Positions 12,332 through 25,500 of a DNA stretch of 64,000 nucleotides are shown here, in pieces. Position 1 is the first letter of the stretch. Each line of letters opens with the position of its first letter. Origin of the DNA: Okamejei kenojei (lineage: Eukaryota); the NCBI GenBank assembly GCA_035221665.1, contig CM069131.1, positions 149,730,001 to 149,794,000 of the forward strand, written 5' to 3'. The notes under the pieces were generated by a model that saw only the letters and a program-made list of their open reading frames with translations, had not been told where the DNA came from and searched no databases. The position numbers and the translations under genes were made by a program.

Positions 12332-12756
12332 TTACACATTGAATTATCCTGCCATATTTGAATTGCCTTCAGGCAAATTATTAGGAGGGCAGATGAGTGG
12401 GGACCAGGCCAAAGTTATTAATAATACTTTGTTAATATTCTGCTGCCAAGGAGTGGCTTCCAGACTCTGCAAAATTGTATAATCATTCAGGAAATGTGGA
12501 AAGCAAGAGTGCAGGTGGCGTCACAATGGTCAGAAGAGATGGAGGGAGATCATAGTGGGGTGATGTCCATGACAGGGGAAGATGAAACTTCCCTAAATCA
12601 AATGGCATCAATGGGTTCTGGCTGGCGAGGAAGCTGCAAATAATTATTATCTCTGGTCAGAGACCAATCTGCACTTTTGTCCTTACAATGTCATTAAATC
12701 CTTATCCATAGATTAAAATAAGGTTCCCTTTGACTTTGGGTGGTTTTGCTACTGGA

Positions 12757-12882
12757 GTAGGGTCTCGACCCAAAACGTCACCCATTCCTTCTCTCCAAAG
12801 ATGCTGCCTGTCCCGCTGAGTTACTCCAGATTTTTGTGTCTATCTTCAGTTTAAACCAGCATCTGCAGTTCCTTCCACCACA
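12757..12882 (+). mobile_element. Penelope-type pLTR fragment
   Basis: GGGTCTCGACCCAAAACGTCACC...CAGCATCTGCAGTTCCTTCC. Confidence 0.85.
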
Positions 12883-13165
12883 TTAATTAGAATCCAGATG
12901 GTTTCATGGCAGATAAATAAAGTGCAACTTCATACCTCCCTCGGTTCCCTTGGCTTTTAGCCAGATGCACAGAGTTACGATCACCTTCCATAACTTGCAA
13001 TGGTGACCATTCTCATTTATCCATGCTTCATTTGCAGTCAGTTCAGTTATCAGTCATTCTGTTTCGGACCCAACTCTTCATTAGCATTATTTACAAAAAA
13101 CGTTTGTCCACATTTTGTGGCCCTAATTTTGTGCAGGCTAGGCTGGCCATCATGGTTCTGACAAA

Positions 13166-13375
13166 GGATAGACACAAAATGCTGGAGTACCTCAACGGCT
13201 CAGGCAGCATCTCTGGAGAAAAAGAATGGGTGACGTTTAGGGTTGTCACCCTTCTTCAGGCTGCAGGGTTCTGACCCAAAACATCACCTATTTTTCTTTC
13301 CAGAGCTACTGCGATGCCTATCAGCATTTTGTGTCTACCTTCGGTATAAACCAGCATCTGCAGTTCCTTCCTACA
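13166..13375. mobile_element. Penelope-type element, inverted pair with 15-bp TSD
   Basis: CATGGTTCTGACAAA at 13151-13165 and CATAGTTCTGACAAA at 13376-13390. Confidence 0.88.
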
Positions 13376-14650
13376 CATAGTTCTGACAAAAAAAACAATT
13401 TCTATTTTGATTGCTGTTTCCTGACCTGCTGTGCATTTCCTGTTTTTATTTTGGATATTCCCTGAATAAAATCACTTTACAGAGAAAGATGACAAACAAT
13501 TGATCGAAAACAGTGTGTGCGCAGCCTACAATGCAGGTGAATGCCTGTGCTGTTTTATTCTGCTTTGCCTATCACAAATGTGATGTAGGCGTTCTTTCCT
13601 GCAATAGAGTACATCAGTGACCTCACAGGAGAAAAGATACGGGGACCCTATTGACATCCCCTGCAACAGTCCAAAACAATCCATGGCAAAAAATATAGAA
13701 GGTAACAGTTACAGGCAATGCATTTCAACTGCTGGTTTGAAGCTTGAACTGTTCATAGTCTCCTTTCGAAAGTACAGGTACTTCACAGCTCTCTCAGAAC
13801 AATTAAGTAGGAGATATACTCTGTGGGTGCACAGTTGATATAATCTCCCGAGCCTACTCCTTCTCAACCCATTACTCCCAATTGCCCCCGTTCTTTTCAC
13901 TGTTCCCTTGTGAATCCTGCAGCCCAAAGGCAGACCTACCACGCAACCCATCATTGCAATGAAACGGTTTGCCAAGCATTTAAAAGGCAACTGAACACGT
14001 GCACTATTCACACGAGTCAGAATTAACTTGGAGTATAGAAGCGGCTGGGAAAAGCCAGAGGTTAACCCCAAGCTTGTGGGAACAAACTAGCAGCTAATCA
14101 GTATGGAGTGGAGAAGCCATTTAAATTGCACTTCTGCAAGGGCTGGTGGGGCCAGAACCTGCTAGGAGAGTTTCTCACACAACAAGTCGGGCTTTGAAGC
14201 AGCTCGGTTTCACAGGAGGAGCCTGGAGTAAACCACGGATCCCCAGTAGAATATGACAATACACTTAATTACACCTGACATGCATTCAAGCTGGTTACAG
14301 ATCAGCTGGATCAAATGTTGCAGGTGTCCTCTCATGGTGGAGAAGCAGAGTGTCCCTATAGTACTTTATAATTTACCTCTTCTGAACCTGTGGGACACTA
14401 CCAGTCTGGATTTTACTATGTTGCAGCTGGTAATTCATCACAATAAGACCACCCACCATCATCTGCCACAATCATTCAAAATGAAGCAAGTAGTTTCCAA
14501 AACTTTAAGTAATTTTGCTAATATTCATAGCGTCAATTAAGATGGCTGTTACAGGGACGTTAGAGTTTCTAAACCCCCTGAATCATTGATGTTTTCTAGA
14601 TCGGGAAAATGCGTCCCTGGTCAGTGGTGCCCCAAGCTTCTGGAGAGATT

Positions 14651-15330
14651 TAGACAACAGACAATAAAAAAAAATAGGTGCAGGAGTAGGCCATTCGGCC
14701 CTTCGAGCCAGCACCACCATTCAATGTGATCATGGCCGATCATCCCCAATCAGTACCCCATTCCTGCCTTCTCCCCACATCCCCCGAGTCCGCTATCTTT
14801 AAGAGCCCCATTTAGCTCTCTCTTGAAAGTATCCAGAGAACCAGCCTCCACGCCCTCCGAGGCAGAGAATTCCACATACTCACAACTCTGTGAGAAAAAG
14901 GGTTTCCTCGTCTCTTATTCTTAAACTGTGGCCCCTGGTTCTGGACTCCCAACATCGGGAACATGTTTCCTGCCTCTAGCGTTTCCAAACCCTTAACAAT
15001 CTTATATGTTTCAATAAGATCCCCCTCCCATCCTTCTAAAATCCAGAGTGTACAAGCCCAGCCGCTCCATTCTCTCAGCATATGACAGTCCCGCCATCCC
15101 GGGAATTAACCTTGAAAACCTACGCTGCACTCCCTCAAAAGCAAAAATGTCCTTCCTCAAATTCGGGACCACAACTGCACACAATACTCCAGATATGGTC
15201 TCAATAGGGCCCTGTACAACTGCAGAAGGACCTCTTTGCTCCTATACTCAACTCCTCTTGTTTTAAAGGCCAACATGCCATTCGCTTTCTTCACTGCCTG
15301 CTTACTTTCATAGACTGATAGACAAGAACA
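14651..15330 (-). mobile_element. CR1 3' fragment
   Basis: GDLIETYKI remnant, 3'UTR, GACAATA-type tail. Confidence 0.92.
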
Positions 15331-15361
15331 AGGATTTGGTCATTTAAACTTTCCACCCTGG

Positions 15362-15967
15362 TCACCAAAATCCTAGCTTACAGACAATACCACTCCTCTT
15401 ATAGCATAGGTGATGTTTCGGATTGGGACCGTTCATGAGACTAAACTGTTTAGTGGTTTTCAGAATAAAATGGTCTCCCTGGAGAATGGAAGTAGCCAAT
15501 GAAAGTGGTAACTCCAGTATTTGAACAATAGAAAAAACAGGAATAATCCACACTTTTTCAGGTACATTATGAAGTTTATTAAATAATTGATATGTCTCCA
15601 GAAATGACATGAGCACATGTCCTTCACCTAGAAAAACAATTAGGCTGTTGTCTAATTCTATAAACAATCTGATGAGTTTGTTTCCATTGTCGTTCAGTTT
15701 GCCGAAGTCAATGCTCACGAAACACTCAAATACTAACTTTTCTGACAGATTTTTAAAATTCCGACAATATGGAAAGGAGGAGTTATTTGGGACACCTCTT
15801 CTCTGAAGACAGATTTTACAATCAAGCTTGAATGAATCAAATATCAAATTAACAATACTGTTCTGATACCTCCCCATACTGCTGTTGCTTAATATTTCTC
15901 CAGAATTAGTAAACAACTTCACAAGGACCAACAGCTGGGTAGATGGTGCAGAACTTCCAAATGCAAT
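15362..15967 (-). other. Unexplained 201-codon stop-free frame in unique DNA (possible exon or pseudo-exon, weakly class C GPCR/ANF-receptor-like)
   Basis: Open from the TAA at 15970-15968 to the stop at 15362; protein-like composition; last ~28 codons run into repeat remnants. Confidence 0.35.
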
Positions 15968-16117
15968 TTAGTGATCACATCTGCCAAGATATAACTTAGG
16001 TACAAAATCAAAGTATGAATCGAATCAAAACACCTTAAATTTTTGATTTGCATTAAAACATACTTTCCTCAATGACCCCTGAATCAATTGAAAGCTTTTA
16101 TCTGAACTAAAATCCAT

Positions 16118-16990
16118 TGCAGTTTGCTTACCATCGCAACTGATCCACTGCAGACACCAATTCCCTGGTCCTAAACTCATCTCTGGAACACCAAGAGAAC
16201 ATTGACACCCATGTTAGACTCCTATTCACCGACCATAGGTCTGCCTTCATCACTGTAATATCATCCAAACTCATTGGCAAACTCTTGGACCTAGTAATCA
16301 CCTTCCGCTTCTTCCACTGGATTCGGGACTGTAGACTACAAGCAATGAGTACAGGAGACGACACCTCCCCCACAATAATTCTCAACACCGATGCCCTCCA
16401 AGGTTGCGTTCTCAGTCTCCTATTATACACTCATGACTTTTCAGCCCAATTCGGCTCAAACTCCATCAACAAGGTTGCAGATAACACCACTTTGGTGGGG
16501 TGGATCATGAGAAACAATGAGACAAAAAACAGGAAGGAAATAATGAACTCAGTAAATTAATGATGATAGGAAACCAACCTCTCCCACAATGTCAACAAGA
16601 TGAAGGAGCAAGTTTCAGTAATCACAGTGGAGTACATGGCCCCATCAGCATCAATGTTGACAAAGTGGCAATAGTCGAGAGCTTCAAGTTCCTTGGTGTT
16701 AATGTTACCAATGATCTGTTGTGAACCAACCACCATGATGCACCAGCCAAGAAGGCTCACCAACGCTTCCACTGTCTACTGAGGACATTCAGCATGACTC
16801 CAATGATGCTTACAAACTTCTACTGATGCACCATAGAAAGCATACAGTCAGGTTGCATCACAGCTTGGTTTGGGAACAGTTCTGCCCATTAAGAAATTAC
16901 AGAGTTATAGAAGTAGCCCAGTTCATCACACAAATCACATTTGCCACCATTGACTACATCTATACTTCACACTGCCTCGGAAAGCAGTAA
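16118..16990 (+). mobile_element. Rex1/Babar LINE RT remnant
   Basis: QFAY.RN.STAD, LNT.A.QGCVLS.LL.YTHD, K.ADNTTLVG (ORF 16285-16560), FKFLGV. Confidence 0.85.
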
Positions 16991-17199
16991 AATGTATTTT
17001 ACAACATCTGCAGTCTCTTGGGAGTCCGTGTCACCATTTTACCATGCTAGCCTATAGAATACTGCCAAATTGTGAGCATCCTGCAAGTCCATCAACAATT
17101 GACTGCACTTTATACAATGCCTTTAATATTGTACGTGGGCCATGGGTGACCCGCAGGGATGCTGGCAAACAAAATCTAGCATCGAGCCACATTCTGGAA

Positions 17200-17390
17200 A
17201 GATGATCCAAAACTTGACATTAAAGTAGATGCTGACAGTTAAAGGAGGAAGGGGAAACAGAACCGGAGACATTTATGAGAGGGGTTTTCAAACTTAGGGC
17301 TTACGCAGTTGACGACAGGGTAGTCAGGCTATGAGCAAGGTAGAGAGTAGGGTAGAAATCTCAAGATAGTAAGGCGAGAGGAGATTACAA
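17200..17390 (-). mobile_element. L2 3' remnant
   Basis: TTAAAGGAGG...GAGAGGGGTTTTCAAACTTAGGGC...GCAGTTGACGACAGG resembles an antisense L2 end. Confidence 0.4.
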
Positions 17391-19681
17391 GAAAAGAGAA
17401 TACCTTTTTTGGAAAAATGGAAAATGTATTTGAATGTGAAATACACGTTGGGAAGCATTATTTATAATACATTCGAAAAGTGAAGATATGGATATGATAT
17501 TGGATTATTTTTAGTTAGTTTTACATTAAAATGAGTTGAAGGAACTTTTTTTAAATGAAGGTAAGGTACCGTCAATGTAGGTCTTTTATTACTTTTAGTT
17601 CAGTCGAAGAATTGATTCCCCCTCCCTCTGATCTACAACTCGGGTTAGTGTCTGTCTATAACAAGGTCTTATTCCCAATGTCACATTTAATCTCATTCAC
17701 TGTCAGATAGGCTTGACATTTTCAGATTAAGTGTTGTGGGTGAGGAATTGAAATTTTAGTGAGCTATATCTAAATATATTTCTGTATTATATATAGAAAG
17801 AAAAGCCTGCAACATATAAACATTCATAAACACTGCGAACATCTCCATGACAATTGATGGTACAATCAACTGTCACATCTGCTTGTGCTTGACAATGATG
17901 GGGAAAGATGGAGAATTTATGAGGCAAAAATCACCTACATACACGTCCCTATTTTGCATAAATCTGAAATATCAGCCTCCAACTTGCTCCAATAGTGTTA
18001 GGACAATTTCATAAATATTATGACAGGAATATATCACATTCAGAGAGATATGAATGTCCCTTATGAAAATAAATGACAAAAAAAAAAAAAAAAAAATCAG
18101 GTCATAAATCAACAACAAATGCTTCTTTTTTTCAAATAAAAACAATCCCTTGATAGGAGACCCTTTGTCATGAAAAATTTTCCTCACATTCAAATTATAT
18201 AAAGGTATTTTGGTTTTACTTTGACATTTTCCGCTAATTAGTATGCCATGAACACTCCAGTCCCCAGACAACTGAAACCAGCTGTGCACCAGACTAGGTT
18301 ACTCTAGTCAGCGTGATTATCTGCTGCTAAATTTATAAGCCTTATCAAAGAAAGTGAAAAATCCCCTAAAGTCACTTCAAGTGCGAGTTAAGTGCTTTTC
18401 AAAGGCAAACAAATTTCTCTCCGTAAATAGGCTTTATGTGTAGCCAAGGCATTTAATTGGTGTCAGTACTTTCTTTTGCTTTGTTTCCCCTTCCTGTCTA
18501 AACAGCCCTATGATCTGGCTTGCTGGGAAGCGGTGATCTGTGTGCTTTCCCTCCACGTACATTTTGCTCACTCACGTCTCGCCGCTCTCTCGTCAACTGC
18601 TTCAATCTGACAGTTCGCCAATGCTACGGCATTGGGAGCAGGAGGGCTGTGAAGAGCTACGCACTCAACTGCCCCACACTGCGTGTAAAACTGACATGTT
18701 ACACATCCGGCAGCTGGGAGAACATTATGACAAGTATTTGAATAAATCTGCCTTGTTTCCTGTCAATAACTCCATTTACTATTCAATTAGCTCAGCACTG
18801 TTCACTCGGAGGTATCTGTTAGTGTGTTTTAGAGCACTATTCTATTTCGGTCTTGCCATGAAATCTGAAGTTTATTCGCCTTAATCCTGGATGCAGATGT
18901 TTTCGTTCTAAGCAGATTTGTTAGATCAGCAGTGTATAGTGGGATTTTGGCGAGACCTGTTAAAATATGGAGCAGTGAGGGGAGTGGCATTTTTGCACTC
19001 GGGGGGAGTCAAAGAAACATAGAAAATAGGTGCAGGAGGAGGCCATTCGGCCCTACGAGCGAGCACCGCCATTCATTGTGATCATGGCTGATGGTCCGCT
19101 ATCAATAACCCGTGCCTGCCTTCTCCCCATATCCCTCGACTCCACTAGCCCCGAGAGCTCTATCCAACTCTCTCTTAAATCCATCCAGTGATTTGGCCTC
19201 CACTGCCCTCTGTGGCAGGGAATTCCATAAATTCACAACTCTCTGGATAAAAAGTTTTTTTCTCACCTCAGTCTTAAATGACCTCCCCTTTATTCTAAGG
19301 CTGTGGCCCCTGGTTCTGGACTCACCCAACATTGGGAACATTTTTCCTGCATCTAGCTTGTCCAGTCCTTTTATAATTTTATATGTTTCTATAAGATCCC
19401 CCCCTCATCCTTCTAAACTCCAGTGAATACAAGCCTAGTCTTTTTAATCTTTCCTCATATGACAGTCCCGCCATCCCAGGGATCAATCTCGTGAACCTAC
19501 GCTGCACTGCCTCAATCACAAGGACGTCCTTCCTCAAATTATGAGACCAAAACTGTACACAATACTCCAGATGTGGTCTCACCAGAGCCCTATACAACTG
19601 CAGAAGAACATCTTTACTCCTGTACTGAAATCCTCTTGTTGTGAAGGCCAACATTCCATTAGCTTTCTTCACTGCCTGCTG

Positions 19682-20862
19682 TAAGCAACATCTAGATATT
19701 AAAAGATCATCCTTGGTTTCAGATTAATCCAGGAAGGAAAGTTAATGGGGAATAGGAATGCTCAGTGAACTGAAATGGCCTCTCACTAGGTTAAAAATAT
19801 ATGTGGAAAATTGCTTTCTCAAACTTCTGTTTCTCTTTCTCTCTTTAAATCTTGTCCAATTCAACAAGTATGTTATCCACTGCCCATTTAGAACTGAGAT
19901 GAGGAAAAAAAAAACTTTTTCACCCAGAGAGTTGTGAATTTGTGGAATTCCCTGCCACAGAAGGCAGTGGAGGCCAATTCACTGGATGAATTTAAAAGAG
20001 AGTCAAATAGAGCTCTTGGGGCTAGAGGAATCAAGGGGGTTACTGGCTGTGGATGATCAGCCATGATCACAATGAATGGTGGTGCTGGCTCGAAGGGCTG
20101 AATGGCCCCCTCCTGCGCTCGTTTTCTATGTTTAATAAAAGATAGACACAAAATGCTGGAGTCGCACAACGGGTCAGGCAGCATGTCTGGATAGAAGGAT
20201 TGGGTGATGTTTCGGCTCGAGACTCTTCTTCAGATTTATGTTTCGGGTTGAGGCCTTTCTTCAGGCTTTTGAAGAAGCATCTCTCAATGGGGGGGGGGGG
20301 GGGGGGGGGGAGGAGGGCAATTGAAACATACAGAATAGTGAAAGGCTTGGAGAGAGTGGATGTGGAGGGAATGTTTCCACTAGTGGGAGAATCTAGGACT
20401 ATAGGTCATAGCCTCAGAATGAAAGGACGTTCTTTTAGGAAGTAGATGAGGAGAAACGTCTTTAGTCGGAGGGTAGTGAATATGTGGCATTTTTTGCCAC
20501 AGTAGGTTGTGGAGACCAAGACGGTGGATATTTTTAAGGCAGAGATAGATAGATGATTAGTATGGGTGTTGAAGTTTATGGGGAGAAGGCAGGAGAATGG
20601 AATTAGGAGGGAGAGATAGATCAGCCTTGATTGAATGGTGGAGTAGACTTAATGGGCCGCATGGCTTAATTCTACTCCTATCCATTATGACCTCAATAGT
20701 CAGGTGAAACACACTTAAGCCACTGAGTTGCATTAAAAAGTGCTATGTAAAGCCAAATCATTGTTGATACCGAGTACAACATCAACCAGATATAATCAGC
20801 ATGCTCCAACAACACCAGGGGAAAGATCCCAGTTATTTTTTGTCCCTAAGAAAGCAAAACGT
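19682..20862 (+). repeat. 1.2-kb local duplication, inserted copy inside CR1 RT
   Basis: Copy of 10163-11371 flanked on both sides by CR1 RT sequence. Confidence 0.97.
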
Positions 20863-22663
20863 CCAGGTCCCCCTGCAACCTCCTAACATCCTCTTCACAC
20901 TTCACACTGCCACCCAGCTTTGTGTCATCCGCAAACTTGCTAGTGTTGCTCCCAATTCCCTCTTCCAAATCATTAATATATGGTAAACAGTTGCGGCCCC
21001 AACACCGAGCCTTGCGGCACTCCACTCGCCACTGCCTGCCATTCTGAAAAGGACCCGTTCACTCCTACTCTTTGCTTCCGGTCTGCCAACTAATTTTATA
21101 TCCATCTCAACACCCTACCCCCAATACCATGTGCTCTAATTTTATCACCAGTCTCCCGTGCAGGATCTTATCAAAGGCTTTCTGAAAGTTTAGATACACT
21201 ACATTCACGCTTCCCTTCATCCTGAAAAAATTGCAGAAGATTGGTCAAGCATGACTTCCCTTTCATAAATCCATGTTGACTTGGACTAATCCTTTTACTG
21301 CTATCCAAATGCTCCATTATTACCTCTTTAATAATTGACTCCAGCATCTTTCCCACCACCGGTCAGGCTAACTGGTCTGTAATTCCCTGTTTTCTCTCTC
21401 GCTCCTTTCTTGAAAAGTGGGATAACATTAACTATCCTCCAATCCACTGAATTGATCCTGAATCTATTGAACATTGGAAACTGATCCTGAATCTATTGAA
21501 CATTGGAAAATGATCACCAATGCGTCCACTATTTCTAGAGCCACCTCCCTGAGGACCCTGGGATGCAGACCATCAGGCCCAGGGGATTTATCATCCTTCA
21601 GTCCCATTAGCCTACCCAATACTATTTCTCGCCTAATGAAAATTTCTTTCAGTTCCTCTACCCCCTTAGATCTTCTGTCCTCCAGTACATCTGGGAGATT
21701 GTTTGTGTCCTCCTTAGTGAAGACAGATCCAAAGTACCTATTCAACTCTTCTGCCATTTCCTTGTTGCCCATAATTATTTCACCCGTGTCTGCCTTCAAG
21801 GGACCCACATTTGACTTTGCTACTTTTTTTCCCTTAACATATCTAAAGAAACTTTTACTGTCCTTCTTTATATTCCTGGCCAGTTTCCCCTCATACTTCA
21901 TCTTTTCAGCCCGTATTGCCCGTTTTGTTTCCTTCTGTTGGCCTATGAAAGTTTCCCAATCCTCTGGCTTCCGGCTACTCTTTGCTGTGTTATACATCTT
22001 TTCCTTCAGTTTTATTCTATCCCTAACTTCTCTTGTCAGCCACGGTTGCCTCCTACTCCCCTTAGAATCATTCTTCCGTTTTGGAATGAAATTATCCTGC
22101 ATCTTCCGAATTATGCCCCAAAATTCCTGCCATTGCTGTTCCTCCGTCATTCCTGCTAGGATCCCTTTCCAGTCTACTTTGGCCAGCTCCCCTCTCATGC
22201 CTTCATAGTCCCCTTTGTTCAACTGCATCACTGCCACTTCTGATTTAACGTTCTCCTTCTCAAATTGCAGATTAAAACTAATCATATTATGATCACTACC
22301 TCCAAGCGGTTCCTTTACCTCGAGTTCTCTTATCATATCTGGTTCATTGGACAACACTAAATCCAGAATTGCCTTTTCTCTGGTCGGCTCCATTAGAAGC
22401 TGCTCTAAGAATCCATCTCGGAGGCATTCTACAAACTCTCTTTCTTGGGGTCCTGAACCAACCTGATTTTCCCAGTCTACCTGCGTATTGAAATCCCCCA
22501 TCACCACAGTGGCATTATCTTTGTTACATGCCAGTTTTAACTCCTGCTGCAACTTACACCCTACATCCAGGCTACTATTTGGGGGTCTGTAAATAACACC
22601 AATTAGTGTCTTCTTGCCTTTACAATTCCTCAACTCAATCCACAGTGACTCTACCTCATCAGT

Positions 22664-25086
22664 CATATAACCATATAAACCATAAAACAATTACAGCACG
22701 GAAACAGGCCCTCTCGGCCCTTCCAGTCCGTGCCGACCATTTGTTTTCCCCTGGACCCATCTACCTGCACTCAGACCATACCCCTCCATTCCCTTCCCGT
22801 CCATATACCTATCCACTTTACTTTTAAATGTTAAAATCGATCCTGCCTCCACCACTTCTGCTGGAAGCTCATTCCACACAGCCACCACCCTCTGAGTAAA
22901 GAAGTTCCCCCTCATGTTACCCCTAAACCTCCATCCCTTAATTCACATGTCATGCCCTCTTGTTTGAATCTTCCCTACCCTTAATGGGAAAAGCTTATCC
23001 ACGTCAACTCTGTCTATCCCTCTCATCATTTTAAAGACCTCAATCAAGTCCCCCCTTAACCTTCTGCGCTCCAAAGAATAAAGACCTAACTTGTTCAACC
23101 TTTCTCTGTAACATAGTTGCTGGATCCCAGGCAACATTCTAGTAAATCTCCTCTGTACTCTCTCTATTTTGTTGACATCCTTTCTATAATTAGGCGACCA
23201 AAATTGTACACCATACTCCAGAATTGGTCTCGCCAATGCCTTGTACAATTTTAACATTACTTTCCTGCTCCTATATTCAATGCTCTGATTTATAAAGGCC
23301 AGCACACCAAAGGCTTTCTTTACCACCCCATCTACATGCGATTCCACCTTCAGGGAAACTATGGCACAGTTATTCCTAGATCTCTCTGTTCCACAACATT
23401 CCTCAATTCCCTACCATTTACCATGTACGTCCTATTTTGATTTGTCCTGCCAAGATGTAGCACTTCACACTTATCAGCATTAAACTCCATCTGCCATCTT
23501 TCAGCCCACTTTTCCAAATGGCCCAAATCTCTCTGTAGACTTTGAAAATCGACTTCATTATCCACAACACCACCTATCTTAATATCATCTGCATACTTAC
23601 TTATCCAATTTTCCACCCCATCATCCAGATCATTGATGTACATGACAAACAACAGTGGACCCAACACAGATCCTTGAGGCACCCCACTGGTCACCGGCTT
23701 CCAACCTGACAAACAGCCATCCACCATTACTCTCTGACATCTCCCATCAGCCACTGTTGAATCCATCTTGCTACTCCACCATTAACACCCAAAGATTGAA
23801 CCTTCTAAACCAACCTTCCATGGGGAACCTTGTCAAAGGCCTTACTGAAATCCATATAGACAACATCCACTGCTTTACCCTCATCAATTTCCCTAGTTAC
23901 CACTTCAGAAAATTTAAGAAGGTTTGTCAAACATGACCTTCCAGGCACAAATCCATGTTGGCTGTTCCTGATCAGACCCTGTTTATCCAGATGCTTATAT
24001 ATATTATCTCTAAGTATCCTTTCCATTAATTTACCCACCACTGACGTCAAACTAATAGGTCTATAATTGCTAGGTTTATTCTTTGAACCCTTTTTAAACA
24101 ATGGAACAACATACGCAGTACGCCAATCCTCCGGCACTAGTCCCGTTTCTAATGACATTTGAAATATTTCTGTCATAGCTCCTGCTATTTCTACACTAAC
24201 TTCCCTCAATGTCCTAGGGAATATCCTGTCAGGACCTGGAGACTTATCCACTTTTATATTTTTCAAAAGTGTCAGTACTTCCTCCTCTTTGAATCTCATA
24301 GTTTCCATAGCTACGCTACTATTTTTCCTTACTTCACATAGTTCAATATCCTTCTCCTTGGTGAATACCGAAGAAAAGAAATTGTTCAATATCTCCCCCA
24401 TCTCTTTTGGCTCTGCAGATAGCTGTCCTTTCTGTCTCTCTAATGGTCCAATTTTATCTCTCATTATCCTTTTGCTATTAATATAGCTGTAGAAATCCTT
24501 TGGATTTACTTTCACCTTTCTTGCCAAAGCAACCTCATATCTTCTTTTAGCCTTCCTAATTTCTTTCTTAAGATTCTTTTTACGTTCTTTATACTCCTCT
24601 TGCACCTCATTTACTCCATATCTCCTACGATTATTGTAGATATCTCTCTTTTTTCGAAACAAGTGTCCAATTTCCCTTGAAAACCATGGCTCTTTCCAAT
24701 TTTTACTATTTCCTTTCACCCTAAACAGGGACATAAATATTCTGTACTCTTACAATTTCCCCTTTAAATGTTCTCCATTTCTCTTCTACATCCTTCCCAT
24801 AAAACAGAGTGTCCCAATTCACTCCTTTTTAAATCCTTATGCATTCCCTCAAAGTTAGCCTTTCTCCAATCAAAAATCTCCACCCTAGGTCCAGTTCTGA
24901 CTCTCTCCATAATTATATTGAAACTAATGGTATTGTGATCACTGGTCCCGAAGTGCTCACCAACGCATACCTCCGTCACCTGACCTGCCTCATTTTCTAA
25001 CAGGAGGTCCAGCACTGCCCCTTTTCTGGTCGATACCTCTATGTACTGCTGCAAAAAACTATCCTGCACACATTTTACAAACTCCA
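22664..25086 (-). mobile_element. Second-family CR1/HER1 LINE (2.4 kb) nested in the endonuclease of the first
   Basis: ORFs 24764-25087, 23805-24734, 23359-23766, 22943-23347, 22691-22915; CATATAAC tail; host frame AREDIW|TDEVESLW rejoins; CATAT at both junctions. Confidence 0.95.
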
Positions 25087-25500
25087 TATGTCTTCCCTCG
25101 CAAGGGACTGAATTTCATCCCTCACTAGCAGAGCAACCCCTCCTCCTCTGCCCACCTGCCTGTCCTTTCTATAGGATGTATAATCCTGAATATTAAGTTC
25201 CCAGGCCCAATCCTCCTGCAGCCACGTCTCAGTAATCCCCACAATGCCATATCTACCAACCACTAACTGAGCCTCAAGCTCATCTACTTCTCATACTTCG
25301 CGCATTCATGTACAATACTTTTAATTCCTTACGCATCTCACCTTTCACATCGATCCCTATTACACTTGGCCATACTCTCCTATCCCTTTGTGAGCTTCCT
25401 TTCCCGTTAATTCTGGGGTCATTAACCATCCCTTTACTCTCGTTCCCTTTATCTCCATCGTCGACTATCTCATTTGACACCCCACCCCCCCTTATTCAGT

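Noticed and set aside
13709-14540. 120-aa and 95-aa ORFs in unique DNA
   Set aside because: No recognisable motifs or splice support; lengths compatible with chance
21474-22208. 244-aa plus-strand ORF (also 49613-50164 and 48104-48484)
   Set aside because: Antisense shadows of CR1 ORF2
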